Shown piece by piece: positions 50,194 to 63,380 of a DNA stretch of 64,000 nucleotides. The notes below the pieces were generated by a model. It ran no database searches and was not told where the DNA came from. It saw only the letters and a list, made by a program, of their open reading frames with translations. The stretch covers positions 16,866,001 through 16,930,000 of the forward strand of contig NC_086118.1 in the NCBI RefSeq assembly GCF_963921235.1, given 5' to 3'. The DNA comes from Mobula hypostoma (Eukaryota). The position numbers were made by a program, and so were the translations under genes. Position 1 is the first letter of the stretch, and each line of letters begins with the position of its first letter.

Positions 50194-50682
50194 CACTCAG
50201 TGGCTACTTTATTAGGCACAGGAGTGGAGCCTGCTGTGGTCTTCTGCTGCTGTAGTCCAACTACTTTAAGGTTTGACATGTTATGCATTCAGAGATTACT
50301 GTTACTGTTGTAATGTGTGGTTACTTGAGTTACTGTTGCCTTCCTGTCAGCATGATTCAGTACGGTCGTTCTTCTCTGAGCTCTATCATTAACAAGGTGT
50401 TTTCCTCCACAGAATGCTGTTCACTGGATTTTTTTTTGTTTTTTGCAGCTCTAGAGACTGTCCCAGGTGAAATCGCAGGACATCAGCAGTTTCTGAGATA
50501 CTCAAAAAGCAACAATCATTTCACATTTAAAGTCACTTAGATCACATTTCTTCCTCATTCTAATGTTTGGTCTGAACAACTGAACATCTTGACCGCGCCT
50601 GTATGCTTTTATGCATTGAGTTGCTGCCACATGATTGGCTGACTAGATATTTGCATTTAATGAGCCAGTGTACAGGTGTACA
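50194..50682 (-). mobile_element. Tc1-like non-autonomous element
   Basis: Left end CACTCAGTGGCTACTTTATTAGG; reverse-complement homologue of 57828-58327; right TIR truncated. Confidence 0.75.
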
Positions 50683-52619
50683 TTAATTAATATAATGCAA
50701 ATGATAAAACATTATAAGTGTTTAGTGTTTTATCACCTGCATTATATTTTGTCAGCTTTCCATTGTGCATCCTTGGTTACTATCTACTGTGTGTGGCATT
50801 CTAGACATCCTGTAGCACTTTACAACCCATGATGTACATCGGAAGTGCAATTATTATTTTTATGCAGAAGACTTTACAATTGGTTACATCCCCTCCTTGT
50901 GCAGTAATATACAATTTATTCTTGTTTTCAGCAGATACCAAAAACAGGAAGACAGAAAATGACTCACTAGCAAAGACCCGCCAGGAATAATTCAAAAACA
51001 CAATACAGTGGAAGATATGGAAACCTCAAATGAAATAGAAAATGCCAAAAATACCCAACAGTTCAAGCAGCATCTGTTGAGTAAGAAACAAAATTAATGT
51101 TGTTGATTGAAAAATGGTCATTAGGATCTTCATTACTGGCAACAGTCTGAAGCCAGGATGCCACACGCCTGGACCCTGATGATTTATCTACCTCGGTCAG
51201 TAACATCCTTGCTGGAGTGAAGTTACTGGTTGAAAAGCTACGAGAACATGAGCTGTCAAAGTGAGTGCATCAGTTCAGTACTGAAGGCAGATGAAAAATA
51301 TATGAAATATGGGATCATACAGAGATAAACTGGGCCAGATTCTTGAACTCACTGCTATTCAAAACATTAACTTTCTTGGTTAACTTTCTGCCATAAAGCC
51401 AGAGTGTACAAATTCTTATCTGTGTATTACTATGTATATCAGCTATTCTGTCATTAATCCTGTAGCCAGACTCAACAGCAGCGAGCTTTATGTCAATAGT
51501 CAGTATTAAATAAATTCCTTGATTATTGCAGATCACTTCTATAAATACTGTTGTAAGAAATAGCCGCATCACCCAAAGGTACCAGCTAACATACTTGACT
51601 GATAAAAGTGATTATGAATTATCCTGCCATAGGTTCATATTTCACATGGGTGTGGGTGATTGGTGAAATACAGAATCGCAGGCAAATTCTCAGTATAACT
51701 TTGCTGAAGGAATGAAGTAAATGGGCATAAAGAACATATATTGTTTAAGGATTATAAATATGAGAAATGAGGTAGGTTCATGCTGCAAGAGTGGTTTTGC
51801 TAAAAACATTTTGTAATACTTTGCTGTTATATTAGTAGTCGTTGTTAAACAAATCTTCACTTATTGGAAATCAAATTTGAGTAAAAATTTGCGGCAAAGT
51901 ACACTTCTATAGAACATAGAATAGTATAGTTCTGGACAAGCCATTTACAAGAGACAAGTAAACTTGAAGTGCACAGAATACTAGTTGAGGTAGCATTACT
52001 ACTATATACCAAGTGACAAATGACCAGCACATATCCCTGAATTATTTTGAAACAAAATGTTATTTGACATGTTCATAGTTATTGGGATCCTCCAACACAG
52101 TTAATAACAAACTTAACTCAGGAATTATAATAAAAAGTTATTACTGGTACAAAGCTACTAACTCTCTCCACTTAACTAATGAACATACCAGTAATTAATA
52201 TATTTGTACAAACAGTGAGGTCACCGCATATGTACTTTCCAGACATTTCTATCTAAATAAGGTTTATTTATAGATTTATAGTCTGCAAACAATAAACTTA
52301 TTTCTTTGAATTTTCACATTTCTATAAAAGTAAAAAGCTGCCTTATATTTTCTATCATTTTGTCCTTTGTTACCATGAGTTCACAGATCTATTCTGCACT
52401 CCTCTTTATCTCTGTCTGAAAAATGATGCAGTAGAGAGAAGAGTGATCTTGAATCTTGAATAGATCGAAAGATATCGTCACAAAAACTCAGTCATAGAAG
52501 CAATAATGTCCAGTGAAAGACTTGCAATGCACTTGATGGGTGACCTGGATATGATCAGAGTACACAGGTGATTAAGCATTCATTAACCAGCCACACTTCA
52601 GACTACAATATCTGGTTAG

Positions 52620-53552
52620 CAGCAGATATGTCAGGCTGTTGTATATCGATGATGACTCAATATTCAACACCATCATCCTCTCAGTATTAATCAAAGAGCT
52701 TCAATACCTGCACCTCCATATCTTCATCTGGAACTGGATCCTCGACTTCATTATCAGGAGATCACAGTTAACAGAGATTGGTAATATATCTCCTCCTCAC
52801 TGTACATTTGGCTGGTTGAGTGCTGTTACCACAGTCTTGCACTCAAGTTCAGCAAGACCAATGACTGATTATGGACTTGAGGAAGGGGAGGTCAGGACAG
52901 CACAAACCAGTCTTCATTCAGGGGTCAGAGGTGGAAAGGATGAGCAGCTTCAAGTTCCTGGGCATCAATGTTTCAAAGGATCTATCTTGTGCCCAACACA
53001 TTGAAGTAATAATGAAGACAGCATTCTACTTCATTACGAGTTTGAGAAGATTTGGTATGTCACCGAAGACTCTTGCAAATTTCTCACACATACGGTAGAG
53101 AGCATTCTCACTGATTGCATCACAGCCTGGTATGGAGCCTCCAATGCACAAGATACAAGATGCTGCAGAGGGTTGCATTTTTAGCTAGTTTCCTCCCAGG
53201 CACAACCTTTCCTGCCACTGAGGAACATCTTCAAGAAGTGGTGCCTGAGGAAGGTGGCGTCTGTCATTAAGGACTCTCCCCATCCAGAACATGCCCTCTT
53301 CTTTTCACTGCCATTGGGAAAGAAGTACAGGAGCTGGAAGACCCAATTTAAAGTTTTAGGAACAGCTTCTTCCTCTCTGTCATCAAAGCTGTGAATGGTC
53401 CATGAACCCATGAACACTACCTCATTATCTACCTTTCAGACTATTTATTTATGCAAATTATGGTAATTTTTATGTCTTGCACGGTACTGCTGCCACGAGC
53501 AACAAATTTCATGACATTTGTCAGTGATAATATGCCTGACCCTGATTCTAAC
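52620..53552 (+). mobile_element. Rex1 LINE 3' fragment
   Basis: RLLYID..SIFNTII, VERMSSFKFLGINVSKDLS, LRRFGMSPKTLANF; Rex1 tail. Confidence 0.8.
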
Positions 53553-53850
53553 TTTAAAGATGGGCAGAACAAGGTAGAACTGAAACTTGGATAGAATAAA
53601 ACACATTATTGCATGTTTTCAATGTGAACAGTGACAAGGTGGATTGTTGTTAAAGTAATGAAGGAATAATCATTGTGTTTAAACGGAGATTTTGGTATGA
53701 GGATAAGGAACTTCCATATCCTTGGAGAGGCTTATTTTTATCTTAATTGCAGAGGTCAAAGTTACGAGAGAGTTTGGTAACGTACACAGGGAGAAACTTA
53801 CGGCAAAAAATATGATTATATTTGCACATAGCGTAAGAATTACTGTTGTA

Positions 53851-53856
53851 TTTATT
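53851..53856 (-). terminator. Candidate polyadenylation signal (AATAAA) for the 54182-54388 exon
   Basis: TTTATT on plus, ~325 nt past the stop codon. U/GU-rich tract (TTTTTTGCCGTAAGTTTCTCCCTGTGT) further downstream on minus. Confidence 0.5.
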
Positions 53857-54181
53857 CAAGTCTTTCAAAGCAGGTACAATGTTATTGAAAAATAGTCATT
53901 TCAGGTCATACAGTTTCAAGAAGATCAACATTTTTGAACATTCGTCGTGTGAGATTATCCTCAGTTCTTCGTATATTAAAGAAAACACTTAACAGTTTAT
54001 CTCTACAGGAGACTACTGGAATCCACAAACAGAAGACCACATAAGACGTAATTCAAAATGTTGCCCTTCCATAACTCCGAGCTATGTAGAGTGGACTTGG
54101 CCTCCCATTGTAGCATTCAGGTTAAATTTCATGTTGCTAATTTAACCAGATGCATCCAAAACAAAGTGTGCTACGAACAGA

Positions 54182-54388
54182 TCATAAAACTGCAGGGAAA
54201 AAGTTAACTTCTCTCGTGTCTATCCGTTTTGTATAACTGTAGCAGTACATCGGTTCTTCTCTGGGTGCAGAAAAATGGCCACCAATCACGCCTCCATACA
54301 ATCGCTGTCTCATTCTCAGAGTGGTGCTGGAGAATGCGTCATCACTGAAGATTTCTGGCAATTTTCCATTGGTAGTTGAACTTTTTAT
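54182..54388 (-). CDS. Putative terminal coding exon of an unidentified host gene (68 aa + TGA)
   Basis: Acceptor CATTTTCATTTCCAG|ATA. Phase-0 frame IKSSTTNGKLPEIFSDDAFSSTTLRMRQRLYGGVIGGHFSAPREEPMYCYSYTKRIDTREVNFFPAVL* is open to the stop. TE-free, with raised GC/CpG, followed by a UTR-like tract and AATAAA. Confidence 0.65.
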   Translation of the reverse strand: MKSSTTNGKLPEIFSDDAFSSTTLRMRQRLYGGVIGGHFSAPREEPMYCYSYTKRIDTREVNFFPAVL

Positions 54389-54807
54389 CTGGAAATGAAA
54401 ATGTAAATTGGTTTTGATCAGTCTGGCACAGTTATTCTTTAAAATGGGTTATCTCAAATTACATATTTCAATGTTATGATAGTTTATATCATTGTACTAA
54501 AGAACATTTTTTTAAACAAACAATTCCATATATGGCTTTGATATTGATGTGAGCTAGGATTAACAATTAAATTGTGAATGTGAATTATTTTAACCAATTT
54601 ATAGTGTTTGCTTTTTAACTTACTTAAATCTTCTGGTCCACATTCACTTTCTTTCATCTCTGAATCTTTCTCTTCATCCTAAAGGTATTTACTTCACATT
54701 TATAGGAATAACAAATTAGTAACATTAGAGATGTAACCCAACATACTTCTAGTAAAACATCTCCAGTAGCTTTTCAATCTATCTTTCATTACATGGAGTT
54801 GTGTCTT

Positions 54808-55309
54808 CAGAATCAGAATCAAATTTATTTTTACTAATTTACGTGACATGAAATTTGTTGTTTTGTGGCAGCAGTACAGTACAAAGACATAAAATTACTG
54901 TAAATTACTAAAATAAATAAACAGCAGGACATGAAGAAAAATAAGGTAGTGTTCATGGATGTTCAGAATCTGATGGTGCAGAAGTTGTTTCTGAATCATT
55001 GAGTGGTCTTTACGCTCCTGTTCCTCCTCCCTGATGGTACTGATAGGAAGAGGACATGTCCCAGATAGTGAGGTCTTTAGTGCTGAAAGCCTCCTTCGGA
55101 AGTCACTGCTTCTTGAAGATGCCATCAATGGTAGGAAAGGTTGTGCTTGTGATAAGCTCGCTAAATCCAAAACCCTCTGCAGCCTCTTGAGATTCTGTGC
55201 ATTGGAGCCGACATACCAGACTGTGATCAAAATGTTCCCCACTACACAACTACAAAAATTTGTAAGAGTCTTTCATGATATGCTAAATCTATCTAAATAC
55301 CTACCGAAG
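54808..55309 (-). mobile_element. Rex1 LINE 3' fragment
   Basis: ORF 54895..55242 ILITVWYVGSNAQNLKRLQRV; TCAGAATCAGAATC tail. Confidence 0.8.
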
Positions 55310-55311
55310 TA

Positions 55312-56010
55312 TAGAGGATTTTGGTTAACTGGGACACATCGGGACCAGTACATTTTGGCCCTATTAAGCAGCTGCCCCAATTAGCCAAAGTTCCATTGAA
55401 ATAATTAAAAAGGTATAAAAAAGGCAAACAACTGTTCAACTGAATAAAAGAAGTACGTATTTAGGTGCAATACAAACCAAATTAGAACACCAACAATACT
55501 ACTACAGAACCATCAAACTGTGTATAAGTTCATAACAGTTATCAATGAAAGAATTCATCCAGTGGTCGCTCTGTGTTCTTTTGATTGACTATAAATGAAC
55601 AAATCGGGGTAGGTGGCTAGGGTAATTTTTTTCAGTTCATCTCAAATCTTTTTGAGGCATTTTGGTAGGGACTGAAAATTTTTAAAGTCAAAGTAAACAA
55701 ACAAAATGATCAAAAATCACTGCTTTTTGAATTGATGTCCGTTCACCAAATGGATAACATAACACAAGCACACGCAACTGAAGCTATTTAAAAACTGTTT
55801 GTTCTACGCACAATTTAGTGCCTAATGGCCACACAAGTGCACATGGCTGACGCTAGTTAGAAACTGTTTGGCTATAGTCTCTTGTCCCAGTAAGGTGGCA
55901 TAGTGCCCCAAATAAACAAACAGAATCTTGCCTATTTTCTCGATTAGTTTTTTGTTCTTTGAGAGCAGCTAGCCTGGTTAAACAATGGCCCAATTAACTG
56001 GAATCCACTG
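55312..56010. mobile_element. Tc1/mariner-superfamily (Tigger-like) non-autonomous DNA transposon
   Basis: Imperfect TIRs TAGAGGATTTTGGTTAACTGGG and CCCAATTAACTGGAATCCACTG, with TA on both flanks. Confidence 0.7.
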
Positions 56011-57149
56011 TATTTGCATAACACAGAATATGGCTTGGACTGTATCATTTAAAATTGTATAAATTATTTGTCAAAATAATAAATTCTCCCAAGCACATTT
56101 TGAAGATGTTCATTTCTAGTTATAGATAAAAATAAACTGACAAGATTTATATCATGAATTGTTAACACTTAGCTACATAGTAGGGAGCCAGGAGTTTTCC
56201 ACAATTATTTACATTGGAAATAGTCATAAATGCATTACATTATCAATCTTATTTCAAATTACAATGTTGTCAGACAGGGCTTCCCGCTATGCTTTGGATT
56301 TTGTGTGTTTTTCTAATCTTATTGACTGTACTGTATTTATATTCCACATGCAATAATTACAGAAGAGCCACCTTGCATTTGCCCAATAATAATTGGCAAG
56401 TTGTTATCTTTGATGATGCAGAAAATGGTTAACTCTTAAATAGCAAACAATTTCTAAAGCATGCGCACAAAACTGAACATAATTCAGCTTCCATCTTCCA
56501 GGAATGACCTAAACCTGGGAGAAAGCATAATAGCTCATTTGATGGACCAACTAGAAGAGACATAAGCATAGCTAGTGGAAATCTAGCACAAAGTTCAGTT
56601 CCACTATGCAATATAAATTCCTAGCAACTTCTAATTGGTTTTACAATTATATTTTTCTGTGATTTATCTTCCAAACTTAGCAGCTGTTACAGTTTATAGA
56701 ATTAAAACTGTCAAAAGTAAAACATTCAAAGATCTACTTCTTTGAAACATTCTGTGGGTGGTGCAGTCACTAAATCTAGTCAAGTATTCTCTGGAATACA
56801 CATTAAACCCTTGGAATGCAGAACAGGACGAAGTAGACAGAAGCCATTAGTTAAACAGGGCGACACATGCATGCATATCCACTGTTTCAAGACTAAAGAA
56901 ATGGACTTTTGAAAGCGCTTGTAAGTTGGATCATATCTAAGTCAGGTCCTGATCCCCATGATGCCCAATACAAACAGTTAGCGGGGTCAGTGACAGAACC
57001 TCAATAAACTCAAGCACAAGCCTTGTTTGGTTAATAACAGACAATTAAAAGTTATAACTGCAAAGAATCTCTACTGATTCCAGGAAGAATTAGGAGACAA
57101 TCTGGAGAACAGCAAGAAATGGCTACTCACAGAATTACAGTCTCCAGAA

Positions 57150-57450
57150 GCAAATGTATTTTGCTAAACAAGCCTGGGCTGACCATCGAGTAACCGTTCA
57201 CACCACCTATGCACCAACTCTATTCTTCACTCTCTCCACATTCCCATCAACAGTCCTCAGTTCCTATCATTCATGTACACAAGGCAATTTACGCTGGTCA
57301 AGTAACTTACCGCCCAGCGTGACACTGAGAGCAGGAAGTCCTACAGATTCACATGGAGCACGTGCGATCTCAACACACACAGCTTTGGAGCTCAGTATTG
57401 AATCCAGATTGCTGGAGCTGGGATCCAGCAGCTCAGCTAGCTTTGCCATT
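57150..57450 (-). mobile_element. HE1-like V-SINE, decayed
   Basis: Same layout as 34813-35030 and 41590-41850, with a tRNA-like head near 57400-57450. Confidence 0.5.
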
Positions 57451-57827
57451 ATGCAAGCAACTTTCCTATTCCCTGAAGTTCTGCTACCTTCAGTTTACAA
57501 GGAAAAACAAAGACCATCATTCCTAAGGCTCAGACAGGGTGATGACTTAGTTATATCATCTTGTATGATTGCATCATGATAGGGCGAATGAACAAATGCT
57601 ACAATAGTATGCTTGAACAGGGCAATGGGGAAAAAGCGGAAGAAGAACCCAAAATTAACAATATTCAAGCATCAAACACCGCTAAGTCTCAGAAGATTCT
57701 ACTTCAGTTAAGACCTCTTTGTTGCAAAATGCAGTGTGTTGCAGCTGCAACTGGAGACAGAGAACTGGCTGAAAGCTAACTTTTTGTGGCTGTTAAAATT
57801 ACAATCAGGTTTATTATCACTGACATA

Positions 57828-58327
57828 CACTCTGTGGCTACTTTATTAGGTACACCTGTACACCCACTCATTAATACAAATATCTAATCAGCTAATTATG
57901 TGGAGGCAACTCAATGCATAAAAGTATGCAGACATAGCCAAGAAGTTCAGTTTTATTCAGTCAAAATATCAGAATGGGGAAGAAACTTATGTTGTGACTT
58001 TAATTAGATTGTTAGCGCCCGGCAGTTGGTTTGAATATCTCAGAAGATGCTGATCTCCTGGGATTTTCACATTCAACAGTTTCAAGAGTGATGTTGACCA
58101 GCGTAAAACAGAGAATGGTGCAGAAAATTAAAAAAAACACACACCCTGTGATTGGTAGCTCTGTGGGTGAAAAGACTTCATTGAGAGAGGTCAGAGGAGA
58201 ATGGCCAGACTGGTTCAAAGTGATAGGAAGGCAACAGTAATACTTTGAATCTTGAAGTGGAGGGGCTACAGCAACAGAAGACTGCACCAAGTTCTACTCC
58301 TGCACCTAATAAAGTGGCCACTGTGTG
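57828..58327 (+). mobile_element. Tc1-like non-autonomous element inserted in a Rex1 3' tail (57800-58570, minus)
   Basis: TIRs CACTCTGTGGCTACTTTATTAGGT / ACCTAATAAAGTGGCCACTGTGTG; TA TSD; HTH remnant ISEDADLLGFSHSTVSRV. Confidence 0.88.
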
Positions 58328-59294
58328 TATGTTGCAAAATTCATCTTTTTCTGGCAACAGTACAGTGCAAGACATGGAAATTACTAGAAATTACAACAAA
58401 ATTATAAATAAATAGTGCAAAGTAGGAATTGTGAGGTTGGTGTTCCTGGGTTCATGGCCCATTCAGAAATCCGATGGCAGAGGGTAAGAAACTGATGCTA
58501 AAACATTGAGCGTGGATCTTCAGGCTCCTGTACCTCCTCCCTGATGGAAGTAATGAAAAGAGTGCATGTTCTCTCAGCAAATGTGGCATTTGGCTTCTGG
58601 CTGTTTCCAGTAGCATGTACCTGAAACACTTCAGTCTGCATCATATTACTGCATTATTTAAAACATTTATTACAAGAATGTAGATTGATCACACTTTTCC
58701 TTTCACGATTATATCAGGACCATGGGCTTTTTGATTTTGCAGGTTGCCTCTCTCCTTACCTCCGTGCTCTATGGTACTTAGAGTCACATATATCTTTTCC
58801 ATAATGGAACTGCACTCACCAAGCATATGGCCAGACTGTGAAACAATATTGTATTGAATGGACATTGACCAGGATCCAGGAATATATTTATTCTACACCC
58901 TTCCACTTAGATGTCTCCATGCAGCAAGGGCTAGTCTCTTAGCACTTGGCTCTTAAATCTAGTGCAGAAGCCACACATTAAAATACCAATCTTAGTAGCC
59001 TTTTTCTAAGGCCAGCTAGCTTAGCTAACACAAGAACATATCAGCAGTGATAACAAATTTAAGTTAAAAACAAGCTTGTGATGCTCCTTTCAGCAGTCAT
59101 TGCCATCAAATGCAGGGGATTTCAAAAACTGCAAGAACATCTCAGAGTCTATATAGACAGTTCAGTTCTTGGATTTATAATATTTAAGTTTCCAGGAAAA
59201 TTGACTTCTTTCATCTTGTATATCCATCTGTTGAGTACCAGTTAAGAAAAAGCTTTTATCTTTGCAAAAAAAAACAAGATTAGCGAGACTTCAT

Positions 59295-59975
59295 AAACAT
59301 GAGAAAGTCTGCAAATGCTAGAAATCCACAGTAACTTACATTAAATGCTGGAGGAACTTTGCAGGTCAAGCAACTACTATAGAAATGAATAGATAGTTGA
59401 TGTTTCAGGACACGACCCTTCTTCAGAACTGAGAAGGAAAGGAAAGGGGGGATTTGGAAATTAGCTTACTAGAAGTGAAATAGATATTTATGCCATCAAG
59501 TTGGAGGTTACCCAGTCTTAATACAAGTTGTTGATTCCCAGACTGAATATAAGGTTTTGCTTCTCCACTCTGAGCGTGGCCCCATCCTGGCACAAGAGAA
59601 GGCCAGGGAGTGACATGTTGGATTGGGAATGGGAATTGGAATTCAGATGTTTTGCCATTGAGAAGGTCCATTAGGGGCAGAAGGTGTGGGGGTGCTCAAC
59701 AAAGCAGTCCCCCAATTTAGGACAGGTCTCACCAATGTAGAGGAGGATGCTTCAGGAGCACCAGACACAACAGATGGCCCCAGCAGATTTGCAGGTGAAG
59801 TGTTGCCTCAGATGGAAGGACTATTTGGGGCTCTGAATGGAGGTGAGGAAGGAGGTGTTCGGGCAGGTGTGGTACTTAGGCTGCTTGCAGGGATAAGTGC
59901 CAGGAGGGAGATTAGTAGGGAGGGACAAATGGACAATGGAATCATGGAGGAAGTGATCCCAGCAGAAAGCGGAAA
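59295..59975 (-). mobile_element. Older Penelope-like fragment (GIY-YIG remnant and terminus)
   Basis: Homologous to 2375-3280 (LRLGNLQLDGINI.F; YIGET region). Confidence 0.8.
59394..59431 (-). ncRNA. Minimal hammerhead ribozyme motif
   Basis: Reverse complement reads CAGTT-CTGAAGA-AGG-GTCGTGT-CCT-GAAA-CA-TC-AACTA. Core boxes and stems I/II pair despite substitutions. Confidence 0.7.
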
Positions 59976-60334
59976 GAAATTTCAAACCACTTTCCATCTT
60001 GGATGAGATATAAAAAAAAAAGGTGATTTGATTGATTATGGAAGTTGCTGGTGTGCATTCAAGAAAATCATTGTGAATGGTGCTATACTTTTAATTTCTG
60101 ATGCAAGTCTTTGGAGACATCCTTATTCAGTCAATAAGAAAGACCAATTGAAATAATCAAATGGATTATTAAAGTAACAAAGTTTCAGGCATGTATAACT
60201 GCTTCTAGTGAGAAGTTGTTTACCTATTTCCCTATTATCGATGCTGACTGGCTTGCTGAGTATTTGTAGCATTTTTAATTTATTTTGGATTTCCAGGCTC
60301 TGCTTCAAATTAGTTTAAAATTAGTTAACTTTGA

Positions 60335-61630
60335 AATTGGTAAATTTGTTTATTATTGTAACATGTACCAAGACCCAGTGAAAAAACACTGTTCTGCATG
60401 CCATTCATACAAATCATTACATCACATCAGTCTATCAAGTTAATGCAAGGGAGATATGGCCGATTATGGTGGTGTCATCTGCAAACTTTTAGATGGGCTT
60501 AGAGAAGAATCTGGCTATACAGTTATGAGTGTACAGTGAGTACAGTAGGGGGTCAAGGACACTGCCACGTGGGGTACCAGTGTTGAAAGTAATCTTTGCA
60601 GAGGTGCCACTGTCTACCCTTACTGATTGTGGTCTGTTGGTCAAGAAGTCAAGGATCCAGTTGTAAAAGCGAAGTGTTGCATCCTATGTCTAGGAGTGTG
60701 GAGATGAATTTGCTTGTATTGAGGGCTGGAGCCAATAACACCAGAATAACATGAGCACCTGTATTATCCAGATGCTGCAGATATGCGTGTAGAGTCAGGG
60801 AGATGATATTTTCTGTGGGCTTGTTTCGGTGGTGGGTGAATTGTAGGTTTGAGACTGCTCAGGAGAGTGGAGCTGACACATGCCAAGCCCAGCCTAACAA
60901 AGCGCTTCATGATTGTGGAAGTTAGAGCCACCAGGTGGTAGTCATGTCATGTTAATTTATTTTTCTTCAGTACTAGGATGATAGTGGTCTCCTTAACGCA
61001 GGTGATTAGCTACAAATATACCCACCAAAGGATATGTGCAGCATGTGAGGATGCAACCAGGGATGCCATTCAGACTACAGGTCTCTATGCGTCTCTCTGG
61101 AAGACGATAATTGGAAGTTCTTGCAGTGGGTGTTGACATCCCATTCTCCTTCCATTCAAAGTGTGCAGAGAATGTGCTATGCTCATTGGGAGGGGATGAG
61201 GTTTCATCAGTGATGCTGCCAACCTCATTTTTTTTGACTTTATGGCATGTGAGCCCTGCCACAGCTGAAAGCTGGTCAGGCACTCCGTTCTAAAGTGGTA
61301 TTGTCTCTCGCCATAGCATTACAAAGGTTACGTCTTGAATTGGGGCAGGGTTATCCAAGTTGAATACCACAGTCCTAGATTTTAATAGGGAACAGATCCC
61401 CTGGTTTATCCACAGTTTCTGGTTTGGGAACAACCAAGTTGAGCTTTTAGCTACACTGTCCTTCAAACACTTGCTGATAAAGTCTTGATGATGGCAATAT
61501 ACTCATTTAGGTTGTCAGCTGAGTCTTTGAATATGGACAACAGTAGTCTATTTATTCTAGGATGTGATGTAGATCTTCCTCTATTTCCTCAGACCAGCAA
61601 GGTACAACTTGTACGCCATGTTCTCATGTA
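60335..61630 (-). mobile_element. Decayed Rex1-type LINE
   Basis: AATTGGTAAATT...TTTATTATTGT tail, KFADDTTI motif (~60470-60490), NQKLWINQ. Confidence 0.7.
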
Positions 61631-62129
61631 CCAAAGTGTACCCTGGAATGAAAATACACCCAGTGACCCTATTCCTTCTTTAAACTGAGCTCCCTACTGG
61701 AAGTTTAGAATCTTTAATGTACCATTAAATATTTTGATAGGCTAATAAAAGCTTTAATCTCTGCTAACAGTCACAGTTGAAAAATAACATTTCACGTTAT
61801 TCTAAGTTTGGTTACATTGCACAATTATTTAAATTATTTAAAACGTAGTCGATTTCTTTCAAAAAGACAAACATAGGGCATTTATTTATTGCATGGAACA
61901 TGAATGGTTGCCAATTAAAATTTGCAGGATATTTATGGAAGTCTAACAACACACCAACACATTTTTTTTTCAGATAGTTCTAGAAACGTGCAGTCCCTTG
62001 AAATAGTTAGAAGCTTGTTTACACAAAGCGAATGCAGTGGTAACATTAGCTTCATTACCCTATTGCTAATCTCAGGTACAAAGAGGCAGTGTGCAGGAAG
62101 CATAACAATCAGCTGAACCTGAACCATGC

Positions 62130-63320
62130 TGGGACCAGGGTCCTGGTGAATTACATAAGTAGCGCTGTGGAGAGGGTTTTAAAACAAGTAGCAGAGGTGG
62201 GGAGGTGGGGTGGGTTCAAAGGCTTGTAAAAGTATGGATAAAATAAAAGGGAAGGGGAGTGCGAGAGAGGTTTCTGGTCACCAAAATAAAGAATATAAGT
62301 GAAAAGAAAGGTGATATTTGAATGCATACTGTTTACGAAATAAGGCAGATGATCGTGCAGCACAGTTAGAAATTGGAAGGTATGATGTTACCTCCTGTAA
62401 CTAATAAATTAGCTGCTGAGTGGTCTTTTACTGCATTCAGAGATGTTCCTCTGCATCCCACTGTTGTAACATGTGGTTATTTAAGTTACTCCCTCCTTTT
62501 TGTCTGGCCATTCTTCTCTGGCTTCTCTCATTAACAAGGTGTTTTAATCCATAGGACTGCCACTCACCGTATCTTTTTCACACCATTCCCTGTAAACTCT
62601 AGAGACTTTTGTGTGTGAAAATCCCAGGAGATCATCAGCCTCTGAGATACTCAAAACACCCTGTCTGGCACCAACAATAATTCACATAGTCAAATTTACT
62701 TAGATCATATTTCTTCCCTGTTCTGATATTCTGATCTTTGATCTGAACAACAAGTGAACCTCTTGACTTGTCTGCATGCTTTTATTGAATGAATTACTGC
62801 TACATGATTGGCTGATTAGATATTTGCATTAACAAGGTGTACAAGTGTACCTAACAAAGTGGCTACTGAAGAGTGTTTGATGGCTCTGGCCTGGACACAC
62901 TAGAATTTAGAAGAATGAGGAGGAGGGGGAATCTCAAACACTATTGAATGCTGAAAGGTCTGCAGAGAATGGACGTGGAGAGAATATTTCCAATAGTGGA
63001 AGAGTCTAGGACCAGAGGGCACAGAATACAAGTATATCCTTTTAGAAGAGAAATAAGGAAGATTTTTTTTAAGCGAGAAGACAGTGAATGTGTGGAATTC
63101 ATTGCCACAGGTGCCTGCGAAGGCCAAGTCACTGGGCTTATTTAAGGTGGACAGATCCTTGATGAGTAAGGGCATCAAAGGTTACAGGGAGAAGACAGGA
63201 GAATGAGGTTGAATGGGAAAACGTATCAGCTATGATCAAATGGCAGAACAGACTTGATAGACAGAGTGCTGTAATTCTGTTCTTATGTTTAGGGTCTTTA
63301 GGGTGTTATGTTCTTAAGGT
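62130..63320 (+). mobile_element. CR1 fragments (62130-62388 and 62873-63320) flanking a Tc1-like element (~62389-62872, minus)
   Basis: YLNAYCLRNK (APE start), MLKGLQRMDVERIFP.VEESRTRGH; Tc1 TIR ACCTAACAAAGTGGCTACTGA. Confidence 0.72.
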
Positions 63321-63380
63321 CCTATTTATTACACAGGAGGTCCGCTGTGTCTTTGCCAATTGAAAACTGTGATCCTACCT

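Noticed and set aside
58760..58835. Candidate upstream minus-strand exon (TTTCACAG acceptor; GTGAGT or GTAAGG donors)
   Set aside because: The 76-nt version ends in phase 1 in its only open frame and cannot join the phase-0 terminal exon directly. The 16-nt version is too short to support without RNA data.
59295..60305. Another fold-back Penelope spanning 59.3-60.3 kb
   Set aside because: The plus-strand remnant at ~60200-60305 is far more diverged, includes the extension, and no TSD is visible; probably an independent insertion.
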